Shown piece after piece: positions 52,601 to 64,000 of a stretch of DNA of 64,000 nucleotides. The position numbers and the translations under genes are program-made. How positions within the stretch are numbered: the first letter of the stretch is position 1; each line of letters opens with the position of its first letter. The DNA comes from Tubiluchus corallicola (Eukaryota; Animalia; Priapulida). The notes beneath the pieces were generated by a model. That model worked only from the letters and a program-made list of their open reading frames with translations, did not search any database and was not told the origin of the DNA. The DNA lies in NCBI GenBank assembly GCA_030141605.1, contig JAQGDQ010000045.1, positions 186,001 through 250,000 on the forward strand. The letters run 5' to 3'.

Positions 52601-55600
52601 AATCACCGCCTGGATCTAGCCACTATAAGCCATTCATCTTTATTACGCTCATTTTTATTGAAATAAAAAAGCTATTTTTGCATACAAATGTCAACCCAGA
52701 GCTTATTTCACCTATTGGCAAATGACAACATAAAATAGAAAGAATGATAACACAAAGCATTTACCATGTCATTTTTGTATAAATACACCAATTCTTATGC
52801 ACTTTGCAAATTAATTATATGTAACTATGTAGATCCAAAGAAATTATACGAAATGAAATTAAATACATGCAATTTAATCAGAGTCCCGTATTTTCCAGTT
52901 AGATTCTTTCTTTGAATTCAATCACCGATCTTTTCTGATTAAATGTAGCATATACACTGTACTTGAAATCCTTCTGATGTTTTGATGAAGCCTGTAAAGT
53001 TGATATTTTTTCATTTTGAGAGATTTACAAAACATTTGACCCAATTTGGTTTTATTCTCAGCAATAGTGAAACCCATTTAACTAATTCTAATATTGAAGT
53101 AACCATATTGATCGTTTCAATTTCGTTCAGCAATGAAGCCCAACAATTTTGTGTGTATCTAAAGCCTGATTGGTCGTGGACAGTGCAAATGGCAAACATT
53201 GGAAAACATTTGTGGTTTTGATAACTATTTTGCTCTTATCCCCACTTTCCCCAAAATTCTCATTGATAACTATTTTGCTCTTATCCCCATTTTCCCCAAA
53301 ATTCTCAAATAGCTACACGTGTTGTTGTAACTCTTTCCTTTGTGGCCTTCCTGTTGGAATCCATAAACGTGGCTATTGGATACTCAAGTATCCAGCCTGT
53401 GTGTACAAAGGATGCTGCGACTATCGTGTTCCTGTAAACATTTGGCAGACGATTTGGCCTACAGCTGACATAGTCGCCCAGATTTCTACTCAATCGAATT
53501 TTATATGAGGATAGGGGCGTGGGAGTGGCAAGAGGAGGGGGATGGCAGCTGGTAGTGTATATTGTGTGCATTGTGGTGTGAAAGAGGAGGATTCGTCAAT
53601 TATTTCTAGATCAGTATCATTCTCATTTGAAAAGCTGTGCTAGGAGTGGTGGAATAGACTGGCCATGCAAATCGCCGGTGCATAAATGAAAGGCTTAGAA
53701 AGTTTAGTATTTTTTTAATAATAAAAGAAAAGATTTGATTCTTTTGTCATCACTCATTTGTGATTATATATTTCCAGAGAAAAAAACAAAATTAATTTTT
53801 TGCCATTTACTAAAAGCGTTTGCCAATTTTTAAATTATTGTTATTCCACCTACTAAACAAAAAATTATTTTGTTTATCTCCAGTCAGTTTTCTTGGCTAT
53901 TATAATTACTGATACTGATATATCAATGGCAATATCACCTGTTAACCTACATAATTAAAGTTCAATTGATAATACAGCACATATAGAAATTGATTTTCGC
54001 GATGATTTAGTGTCACTGTGTGAATATTCATTTACTTGATAAATTATTTTGAAGAAAAAGTGCTCTCTGATTTCCAAAAGCAACAATGCCGTCCAGGCTG
54101 TGTGCTCCAGACTCTCTAGTATGTAGTACTACAGAATAGCATCCCACTGTACATGCTGCTTGTAGCGTTGAAGCCGAGTGATTTGCTGAAATTCAACACG
54201 TTATGTGGTGATTTCGTGCGAGTTTCTATGGACGTATTTCGCGAAATCACCATTTTCCGTTTATGCGACTTCTCTCCGAGCAACTGTAACATTTGCGTTC
54301 AGAATTTTAATGGAGATGCGTTGGTTTGATAAAATATGCGCGCACAGGGTGAATTTAATAAATTTCCACGCGGATACCTTGAAGGGAATCATAAACATGC
54401 TGTTTAAAAGGGGAGGTGTTTTCTATCGATTTTAAGAATGACAACCCGAGAAATTCAAAAACTAACAGTCCTGAACTGAGCAAAAATTAGAGTTACTGGA
54501 CCCTTTATTTACCACCTGGAATTCTGTGTCTATATTGTTGCGTATTTTCGTTTTTATGATAGTCAATAAAATTACTGCTCGACGCGTAGTGATCCATAAC
54601 CTTTGGTGCTACTAGCCCATTACTACTGTTGCTGCTGCTCGGGCCGCCGCTACTGTCACTGCTGCTACTTCTGCTGCTATTACTTCTAGTACCAAAATAT
54701 AACAATGGTGTACAGAGTGACAGCCCGAAATTTTTATCTTTAGCTAATTCATTTGCGATATTTTGTGTTATATGTCAATATGTATCAGTTTCATTGTGAT
54801 TGGGAGTAACGGACAGCTTGTGGTTACAAATGACTGGTAAGCACTGAGAGTTGTAATTATGTGTATTCTATCTACGAAGAATGACCTTTAAGTAGAAAAT
54901 GACTAGTTAAACTGTAATGCTGATATACTCTCATGCTGACATGGATGATGGATGAAGATTCTCCTGGAAGCTGATGAAGCTGCAGTACTCTGATTTGCAG
55001 ATCTGTGACAATCAGACATTAGACAATACTGGCGTGCTCGTATCTTATAAATGGTACTATATGCATATATCAGATCAGTTTGTACTTATCGTATATTATA
55101 TTGTTATTCGTGTATCAGTACATATCCGGTGTCTTTGTAGTACTGTGTATCATTTTACGCTCAGCCTGATTTGTTCGCTATTCTTATTCTCCCCTATTTC
55201 CCTTAACTCCTTAACTTGATCCAGTTCTGTAGTAACAGTTTTCCATTTGGCTTTATTCCAATTACTTAAAGTTTCCCGTCAAGCTTAACTTCAGCTTTTC
55301 AAATTCTTGTAATGCACTAAAATGTATTTGAATTCGTGCAATGGGCAATATTTGTATTTACTGTGCTTTGTGTAGATAAGCTTTGCAGATAAACTAATTG
55401 GATTGAATTAAATTAGCTAGATGTATTTTTATGGCAAATCTATAATTTGTAGCAAAATGAAGCATAACGAAACTGGTTTCTTTCTGTTCCCGCTGCCTAG
55501 TCATTTTTATTTCATTTATAATAAACTTCTTTACGGTACAAGCTTATATTTCTGTTATTTATTGGTAAAGCAATCTGTTTAGATTTAGCTTGCCATCTAC

Positions 55601-58600
55601 AGTATGATAAACGACAGTACCCATATTTTCTAATATGAAATATGCACGCTTGAATGCAAACGGTAATTCCACGAGAAATGATCGTGTCCTTTATGGTAAG
55701 AGTTTATAGTGTCTTGCAGCAGCAGCAGGGAGCCTGTGTTGGTCGCTGTGCATGTAAATCATTGAATTTCAAATTGAAATTGATGCTGGTTAAGTAATCT
55801 AATTGTTGTTTTGTGCAATTTCAGCAGGAAAATGCAACACTGGATTGAAGGCCGCAGATATTGTAAATATCTTGAAAGAGAAAATTGCTTATTTGTCTGG
55901 TAAGTGATGGAAGGGTAGATAGCTTTAGAAAACATTGTATTTTGTTACAAAAACCATAATGGAAAGCCTGTCGTACTTGACAGCTATGGGCCTTAGTTCA
56001 TAAAAGGCAAGTCCTGCGAAAGGTTTAAATGATATTTTTATGCATTTTTCCTTACACATACATGCATGCAGCAGTCACTGCAGAGCTTAATTAACCTAGG
56101 TAATTAGTGGAAGGGCCTAGGTGGCAGGACCTATATCTAGCTCATTATGAAAGATAATTTTCTGAGATGAGACTTTGAGCTGACAAATGTATGTTAGCCT
56201 CTATATAGGTGTATAAGCATCATTTATCAATGAGCGCCGATGTTTAGATGAACCATTATTGCAGTAGTTTTCCTAACATTCATCGATGTATTTACTAGTT
56301 AGATTTAGCATTGCTTAGCTTGACGCTCAAACATGTTCACTTATTTTTATATACACTGATTACCCAGACTGATTTTTTATATTTTTTTGTTATGCTGTGG
56401 TCAGTGTTGGTCAAAACTGCTGCCACCTTCACCCCACCTTCACAAAATCACTGACATTGTGCACACAGACAACTTGTTGGTTTCATTTATAAAATCTGAT
56501 ATGATCCAACTACCTAGTTATTCTCACAAATTAACCATATATAGATTGAGCTATTCCTTGCAGTCATAAAAGTACCTTGTAATAAGGGTTTGGGTGGTAT
56601 TCAGTAAAAGTTGTCCATCTTCAGAAAAACCTGCGCAACACTAGTTAGCCTAAATTGATTTTGTTTTCTTTAAGCAACTGTAGTTCATATATGTGCAAAT
56701 GATCTCAACAGAGCTTTTCTACTGCTTTCATGCGCATTTTCAGGATGCAGTTTCAATCACCAATGAAAATTATATTGACTTTAGAATGACGTGTTAAGAT
56801 AGCATTTTGTAGTGATGCAATGAAAACAGCGAACTTGTACACATTCATTCTGCTCACTTAGATTTGGAGGCTAACTTATATCAGCTTTCAATGGCCTCTT
56901 GCACATGTATAAACCATGTAATCCATTTTCACTTGACACCTAGCAGTTTCTTCTATTACGAGAGTTGAGCAGAGTCCTCATACAAGAATTAAACACATTT
57001 ATCTGTAGTGTCAAACAGAACCATTTACTTCATGCTTTTTTAAATATACTTTTCTTGTTGACTGATTAAATTTACAAGCATTACACGTATGTGTAATAAA
57101 TTATTGCTTTGTTTAACACTCAGTTCTCTCTGTTTTAATCATGCTGAAAAGTACATTGGATTATTTTCACATAAAATTAGTGATAAATTCCCAATAAGTG
57201 ATTATTGATAATAATTGATAAGTGAATATTATTTGAAATAGTTTCATCTTTGATGTAGAATTTGCTACAATTATTAAGTTTTTTATTCTTTTTTTAGGTG
57301 GCAGAGACAAACGCGGTGCTCCCATTCTCACCTTTCCCAGCCGAAGCCAATCAGAGCGATTCAAACCTGAGGATTTGCGTAGGTTGCTGACTTACCTTGC
57401 CAGTATTCCAAAGTAAGAAAAGATGCTTTCTCGAATTATAGTTTGTTTATTAAAAATATGTACATAAAATTTAATTTCAATACCTTTTTATTTGCATTTT
57501 ATCTGTTATTAAATTTTGGCCTTGCTAATTCCATAGACCCTAATTTTTCAAATTTAACTGCCATTTTGTTGCATTACGTTAGCTCATTTTTTTATACTTG
57601 ATTCAAATGTTAAATTGATGATTTTATATGAATCTGTTAAAATAATGATTTTATATGAATCCTGATGAATACACACACATAAAATGCACTGTGGCCTGCA
57701 AGGGTTATATTTTAACAGAATATATTTACACTTTTCAGCGATGATGCAAAAGAATTGGGATTCATCGTAATTATCGACATGCGGGGTTCCAAATGGGATA
57801 ATGTTAAACCATTGTTGAAAGTTCTTCAGGTAATAATAATTACATTGATTTTGCAATGAACATCATTGTTTGTGTAATAAACTGTATAATCAAATAGGCA
57901 GTTTCCTGTAAAATATTAAAGTTATTTTCTGGCGATACATTATTTGATTAACAATTGTTTTTTGTTTACCAGAAAGATGTGTGTTTTGTCTAGTAGCACA
58001 TTTCTAAACCACTATTTTTCATTTCACTGTCCTAGAATTCTCGGATTAATTCTGGTAGTAGTGACATCTTATTAATTCTTTCTGTTTAACTGCATTGAGT
58101 GTGTACTTCATGCAGTTATCTTCTTGCAATAATAAAGCTATACAAACATTTCTCATTTATCTTCATGATTTTGATGTTTGTGGCAGAAACTTCTCTCGTG
58201 ATATGTACAATTAACTGTCATTTGTTCTCAAACGGCTTGCGTACAGCTTTGTCTCAGTATGAGAAGCTGAACGCGACTTCTCAGTCTTTTCCTGCTTTCC
58301 GGTTATCTGGTCTGACATTCGTTGGCAATGCTTGAATAGCTGTGACGAATCTATAAATCCCAGTTGGTCGAAAACTGTCTACGGCTCTCTGCAGAGCAAT
58401 TAAAACTGCCCGGCTCCGAGTAATATTTTCTCAAATGCTGCCAGATATAAGCAAAACATACATTGGGCTTCCCGTGGCAAGATTGCTTAGCTTAACTGCT
58501 TTCTGCCACACCATGAATGGCACATTAAACTGACTGTAAATGCTGCCATAGTACCTTGAAAGATTGGCAACAATGAGCCGCGAGGTGCCATAACTATTAC

Positions 58601-61600
58601 AATTTCATAAAACTGGTTTATTAGACACGTGGACGATTCAGAAATTCAATGCATTTTTAAAACTTCTATTTTTCTTCTATAGTAGCAATAACAGAATATT
58701 TCACTTGCTTTACAAACTGCAAAATCGTCAATGTTGCCAGCACATGTTGCATATTTGCAAGTAGTTGAGCATTTATTACATCTATAATTGCATTATCCAC
58801 TTATAAAATCATTTTCCAGGGACATATTTTTGTTGGTTTTTCAGGACTGCTTTCCCGGCAATATACACATCGCGTACATCATCAAACCAGAAAATTTCTG
58901 GCAGAAGCAGAAAACCAGTATTGGGAGCTCCAAGTATAAGTTTGAGGTAAGTTTAGCTGGATATTGTCAGGAATTAGTATAGAGTTGCAATCAATGCTCG
59001 TACATCAGCTTAAAGCTGACACACAAGTCAATATAATTATGTCAAGTATCAAGTGCTGTGCTAGTACTTAGGAACATGATTATGTTATTTATCTTAGTAA
59101 GCTGTGTGTCATATTAAAATAATAACCAGCAGGCAGTGTATGGAATTTACCAGCACATATATTGACATATTTTTGCTGTGTAATCTTATATATATGTTTT
59201 CCAGATTCACGTTTTTTAATTTGCTGGGAGCTATAATTTCTTTCGTTTTATCAAAATTCGGTGATTCTAGTGTATTTCTATATTACAAAAACCAGACTGT
59301 TTCCATTAAGATTTCGATTGCAAGTTATAGGGTTACTGCCTAGTACTCGGATTACTGTTAATAAACTTTGGAAGATATTAGAATTTCATGATTTTATTTC
59401 TTCCTCGTCTGATTAAAGTAAGAAGCAGCTAAGCGTAGTTGCGAGACTTTCCAGATAGATGGCATGTTGTGTATTACGAATTATCAAGATAATCTGGAGC
59501 CAAAAAACATTTGTGGCATTTATAACGCTGTCATATATTTATTATCACTTTACACCACTGGTGTTGAATGTAGAAGTTAGAAACTAGGCATTTGCTTGTA
59601 GAATTGTTCTTACAATGTCAGTAAATGTGCTTGAATATGCTAAGATAGCACAGTTTTTATAGGAAGGTTGCATCACAGTGTGAATGTATAGCTTTAGCTA
59701 AGTAAGCATATTATGTTTGATGGGAAGGTATGTGTAGGGCCTAGCATTTCAATGTATTCACCGTACATATACTTGTTCCTCACAATGCTTATACACGTGC
59801 TTTTCACTGTTAATAACATGTTTTGTTTTTGTTCATTCCTCAGCAAGCAATCTTACAGAAGTGGATTAACATGTCATTCCATTAGTCTCTGGCATTACTG
59901 TTGTACTTGTCACTGCTTTAATCCAGCTATTAAAAGACAAACATAGCAAGTGAAGAATGCACTTTCAGTCTCAGTAAAATAAGTGCACTTTCGGTCTTAG
60001 TAAATTGAGATGTTTGTGGAAAATGCCTGTGCCGTGTCTTTTCCATCTACTTCAACTTTTGTTAGCATTTTGTAAATATTCCAGTGACCTTTTATTTGCC
60101 TTTTGTAAAAACAGAAATTGAGGTTGAGCGTGTCTCTCTGCATATGGACTTGTTTTGTATTATTTATCTATGTGACAAATCGGGAGAAAGCAATCTACTA
60201 ATACAAACATTATTTCACATATTACAGTAGCACAGTCTAATTATATTAGTTACAAATCAAAAGATTTATAACTCGTGTGAGGGGAATGCAATGTCCAAGT
60301 ACTCCTCCCTCCCCCAAGTACTAAAGTTGTTCATTTATTGTTCAAAAATGTACAGTTAGAAGTTAGGCATTGCCTAATCAATCTTCTTTATTAGAATTAT
60401 CATAATGTTCTCATTGCCATATTCATCTCAGATATTAAACTTATGAGTAAACAATGCCCTTAAAGTATTGCATTCAAATTTCGAAAAATTTATATTATTC
60501 CATGCCGTGACTCGGTGGATATTCTTTTACTGAACTGGGTTGGGAAATGGCAGAGTCATATAACTGAAATAGAGGGCAATTGAAAATTTTGTTTCGCTTT
60601 TGATGCCAGTTTAGAGTTTTCACATTACAACAACTGCTAATGTGCAATGCGAAGCTGCTTTGAAAGCAGCTTGTGTTTACTGACATTTTTAATCTGTGTA
60701 AAACCAACATCGTGCACCGTGCAGAGCACAGACCATATTCTGTTGAGAAGTTGTTTTTGTAGGGAAAGTAAAACACTAAGCTGTATTGGGTTTGAGAAGA
60801 GAGCACTTGAACTGATAGCACTGTAGTTCCGTCTGAATGGATATTGCCATTTATCCCTCTACCTGCTGTGAATTGTTTTATGTTTATATTGATACATTAG
60901 TCTGATTTTGGGTGACAGCAAATTCCATTTATATTTGTCTATCTAGTGAATTATACAGTAGTTTTGTTGATGTAGGTTATTGTAGAGCTAAATTATTGCT
61001 AGCTGAAATGACTGCTACGGTTTATCCGTTTTTAAGAATGTCAAAGAATGTTTGACGAATTTTGTGTATTAAAAAGCTTTTGAACAAATCATTATTAAAT
61101 TGTTGTGTAACAGCTTAATTTTACCTTGTTTAATGTACTGTTGAGGCAAACTGTGTTAAACTGAATTCGAAAAATTCAAAGTTATGCAAACAAAGTTTTT
61201 GTATACTATCACTTAATCTGAATAAAGCTTTAATACCTTGAACCATGTGATAGAGCTTAAGTAACTGACTTTACATGACATAGTTAAATTAGTGTATTCA
61301 TGTATATAAAGAATTTCATTTATATAAAAATACAGTTGAAGTAAATATGTAACCATATAATGTCAAAGATAGTCTTTGTCTGATACCATTCTATAGAACA
61401 AATGCAACAAAAATGTATTTATAATGTGGTTCCATGCAAAAGAATGGCACCATTGATTCCATAAACAATAAGAATACATCCAGTTATAAAATTCTTATAA
61501 AGCTCAATTTCTTCATGATGTGTCTGATTAGTTTCTTCAAAAAGAAATGTAAACCAGTCTAGAAATGGTAATTTTACATATGTTTATTCCAAGCAAGGTT

Positions 61601-63560
61601 AATCTATTCATTTTTTCTTTTCTTCTCCTCCATTGATTCTACTAACTGCCCAACTGCTTCACTTTTTCTTAATTTGATGGCTACTTTAGTTTTGTTGCAT
61701 TATTTCCATTACTGGTTTATGAATTTTTAGTATGTCATAAAAGCATTGCACTTCGCCCTAACATCTGGTGTCATTTCTTTTCTTTTTTTTTTGTAGACAA
61801 GTATGATAGGTGTAGAGAATCTCACGAAAATCATTGAACCTAGTCAGTTAACCACAGAATTTGATGGCTCTCTAGTCTACAACCACGATGAATGGATAGA
61901 ACTTAGGCTTGTGAGTTTCCCTAAATCAATACACTTTTTGAACACGAGTGAGATGAACTTAATTCGTGTGATATGCTAATTATTTTGTCAAGAAACTGTA
62001 GAAAGCTTAGCTTGTTGTTCTCTATAATGTTATATTGATTCACAGCTCAGCAATTTGTGGAAATTTTCCATTTTCTGCTGATAAAACTCTCGCCACATTT
62101 TTCATTATATTATAATTGGCTCACTTTTGTTGACACATCTTGTCATCAGATTTTCGCAGATTAATTTATATTTTGCTGTTTTACAGATGCTTGAAGAATT
62201 CATTAGCAAAACATTGGAATTGTTGGAGAAGTTGGACCAGATCAAAAAGGAAATGAGTGCCACTGAATTATCAGAAACTTTGGACGGTATTAAACTGTTT
62301 GTTTTTATGATTATATTAATTTATTTTGATATAATTACTGAAATCAAAAATTTCACAAGTTATTATTTACAAACGCGAAGCTAGGACGGGTACACCCTGT
62401 GTGACACTTTTCAGACGATAGCACTTTGACCAAGGGCACTCAAACAAAAAGTTTTTTCCTTACAGAACAACAGAAAGGCAGAACACCTGAAAATTTGCAC
62501 AAAAATGCCTCATACAATACCTCCCGCCAATTGCGACCAAGAATAATTAGTAATTTAATACCTTTTTAATATTTACAGAATTTTTCTTTCCTTTCAAAAT
62601 TTCCGTGTTGTACCGTATATTTGAGTTCACCGTGAAATACATTTAAAATCATGCTCTTTCCTACTTCCCGCATTGACGTTTTGAAAAAGTATTGTAACTT
62701 TTGAAGCTCACAGGGAGAATTTATTTCTTATGTTTTTCATTAATGCTTTATTGTTTTGTGAATATCCACAAGTTATCACAACTGCAAGGCAACACTGTTA
62801 AATTTTCTAAATCCAAAATCTTCTTATACAAGATTGCCATATTGTTATTTTTCGTTTTGGGGGGAGGGAAGTTGGGAGGTGTTGTCAAACACAAGCGTCA
62901 CATGTTCTATCTATGTCACAACTGAATAATGCAGCATTCCAGCAATCATATTTGGTGTCTTGTAAAGGAGCGTTTCTTTGTTCTTTATTGTGCCCTTAAT
63001 GTAATACTACAACATGCTGTCAGAATATTTACTTACTTTAATCTGCTCACTCAGTTTTCATTTTCTATGATGCTGAAAGATTACCAGTTCAAGTGTTCAG
63101 TTTAAATTGCGCCAAGTATAAAATTATTATTGGAAGGCAAGATGCCCAACTTAGCAGTAACTAAGTAGTAGCAGCATGGCATATTTAATAAAAGAGTTCA
63201 TGCAACCCATACTGTTTGTAGGATAACTACTACGCACACAGTATAATTACACAGTTGAGATGATGGTACAATTATCTAGTATTTGCAAAAATTTGGCTGA
63301 GAAAAATCTAAGAGATTTAGAGTCTTTACCTTAGTTTGTACATGTGGTATCTACGACGACAACTGCTGCTGCTGCTGCTACTGCTACTACTAGTACTTTT
63401 ACTCTGTTACTACTACTATAACTATTACTTGCAGGTGCTAAAACTATAATAGAATCGCACAATCAAGCCAAGAAAAAGTTATTAAAGGCACCAGTGGAAC
63501 AACTTGATTTGGAGGGGCAAGGTGTTTTGGAGAAGCTTAGTCCTCATTCTGCTACTGAAG
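40535..63560 (+). CDS. TRIO: Trio/Kalirin-family RhoGEF, 5' part (Sec14/CRAL-TRIO domain and first spectrin repeat), 8 exons, continues past right edge
   Basis: Exons 40535-40619, 55825-55899, 57298-57412, 57739-57829, 58845-58946, 61797-61910, 62187-62286, 63435-63560 join in frame: LKEKIAYLSGGRDKRGAPILTFP, DMRGSKWDNVKPLLKVLQ, IIKPENFWQKQKT, QLTTEFDGSLVYNHDEWIELR, KAPVEQLDLEGQ. Confidence 0.93.
42050..43370 (-). mobile_element. Possible highly decayed RTE-like non-LTR retrotransposon fragment
   Basis: GC-richer than its surroundings; faint minus-strand remnants (RITASLKG, FFTVQAV); family assignment weak. Confidence 0.25.
46180..46637. mobile_element. hAT-like MITE with GATTAC subterminal repeats
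   Basis: Termini TAGGCCT / AGGCCTG; many (C)GATTAC/AATTAC motifs that invert to GTAATC at the right end; degenerate 8-bp TSD attacaat/catacaat. Confidence 0.55.
51004..51029. repeat. (AT)n microsatellite
   Basis: Read directly. Confidence 0.9.
53218..53307. repeat. Two tandem copies of a 45-bp unit
   Basis: TTGATAACTATTTTGCTCTTATCCCCA(C/T)TTTCCCCAAAATTCTCA twice, one mismatch. Confidence 0.9.
55825..55899 (+). CDS. TRIO: Trio exon 2 (GKCNTGLKAADIVNILKEKIAYLS)
   Basis: CAGCAG tandem acceptor, G|gtaagt donor. Confidence 0.9.
57298..57412 (+). CDS. TRIO: Trio exon 3 (GRDKRGAPILTFPSR...YLASIP)
   Basis: AG/GT bounded, Sec14 domain start. Confidence 0.93.
57739..57829 (+). CDS. TRIO: Trio exon 4 (DDAKELGFIVIIDMRGSKWDNVKPLLKVLQ)
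   Basis: AG/GT bounded. Confidence 0.93.
58845..58946 (+). CDS. TRIO: Trio exon 5 (DCFPGNIHIAYIIKPENFWQKQKTSIGSSKYKFE)
   Basis: AG/GT bounded. Confidence 0.93.
61797..61910 (+). CDS. TRIO: Trio exon 6 (TSMIGVENLTKIIEPSQLTTEFDGSLVYNHDEWIELRL)
   Basis: AG/GT bounded. Confidence 0.93.
62187..62286 (+). CDS. TRIO: Trio exon 7 (MLEEFISKTLELLEKLDQIKKEMSATELSETLD)
   Basis: tacag acceptor, G|gtatta donor. Confidence 0.88.
63435..63560 (+). CDS. TRIO: Trio exon 8 (AKTIIESHNQAKKKLLKAPVEQLDLEGQGVLEKL...)
   Basis: tgcag acceptor after a (CTG)n(CTA)n tract; G|gtttgc donor. Confidence 0.88.
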
Positions 63561-64000
63561 GTTTGCACTAATACATTATTTCTTACAAACATTAGCAAGT
63601 TCGTTTTTTTTTAAATTCACCATATTATATGACATGTAATCGAAGTTTGTCAACCATTGGTCAATTGAATTTGACCATTACCTGTTACCTATACACTTCC
63701 AGGTGGTACCTACACCTTATTTTCCCATATTGCCCTGTTGATGGCAACAACTACTTTATTCCACGTCTTCCATCTAGCTAGTGCCCTCTTTTTCTGGAAG
63801 GTTTGTTTCCAGATTGTGTGCAATCTTCTGTTTCCTCTTTTTTTTCAGGAGCCCATCTGATTGCAGTAACAGAGTCTGACTTGACCAGTGGTTTATGGAA
63901 AATTCATTTTAATTCTTTAAAAGTGCACTTTCTTATTCTAATAGGCAGTAAATTTTCAAAAAATGTAAACATTTTACCCAGAAAACTCCATTAGTTTTTA

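Noticed and set aside
53310-53510. Faint Tc1-like transposase words on the minus strand (EIWATMSAVG, FQQ)
   Set aside because: Too short and in different frames; cannot be separated from chance without a search
1-64000. Prokaryotic-type systems (CRISPR, operons, defence islands) and intact tRNA/rRNA genes
   Set aside because: The sequence is eukaryotic with spliceosomal introns; no repeat-spacer array, cloverleaf or rRNA was seen

Overview
AT-rich, intron-rich genomic DNA from an invertebrate animal (taxon not determinable from the sequence); the ORF track is mostly noise and the genes were rebuilt by hand from splice sites and reading frame. Four genes are present. (1) The 5' part of an axonemal dynein heavy chain, DNAH7-like, on the minus strand: 18 exons, about 830 codons, running off the left edge, with one GC-AG intron. 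(2) A complete AGAP/centaurin-gamma gene on the plus strand (860 aa), unusually encoded in only two exons. (3) A complete 5-exon LSm5 gene on the minus strand with a clear U12-type (minor spliceosome) intron. (4) The 5' part of a Trio/Kalirin RhoGEF gene on the plus strand, head-to-head with LSm5 with only 248 bp between start codons. Non-coding parts hold a decayed CR1/L2-like LINE enclosed by a ~250-bp inverted repeat, two Helentron-associated (HINE/DINE-like) elements, MITE- and tRNA-SINE-like relics and tandem repeats. I see no convincing new biochemical system. The best leads are architectural: AGAP may be an intron-depleted gene nested antisense inside the dynein 5' region (RFX X-box and minus-strand splice donors just past its 3' end), and the LSm5 intron may fold back to loop out a LINE. 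Homology calls come from my recall of family sequences, not from a database search.
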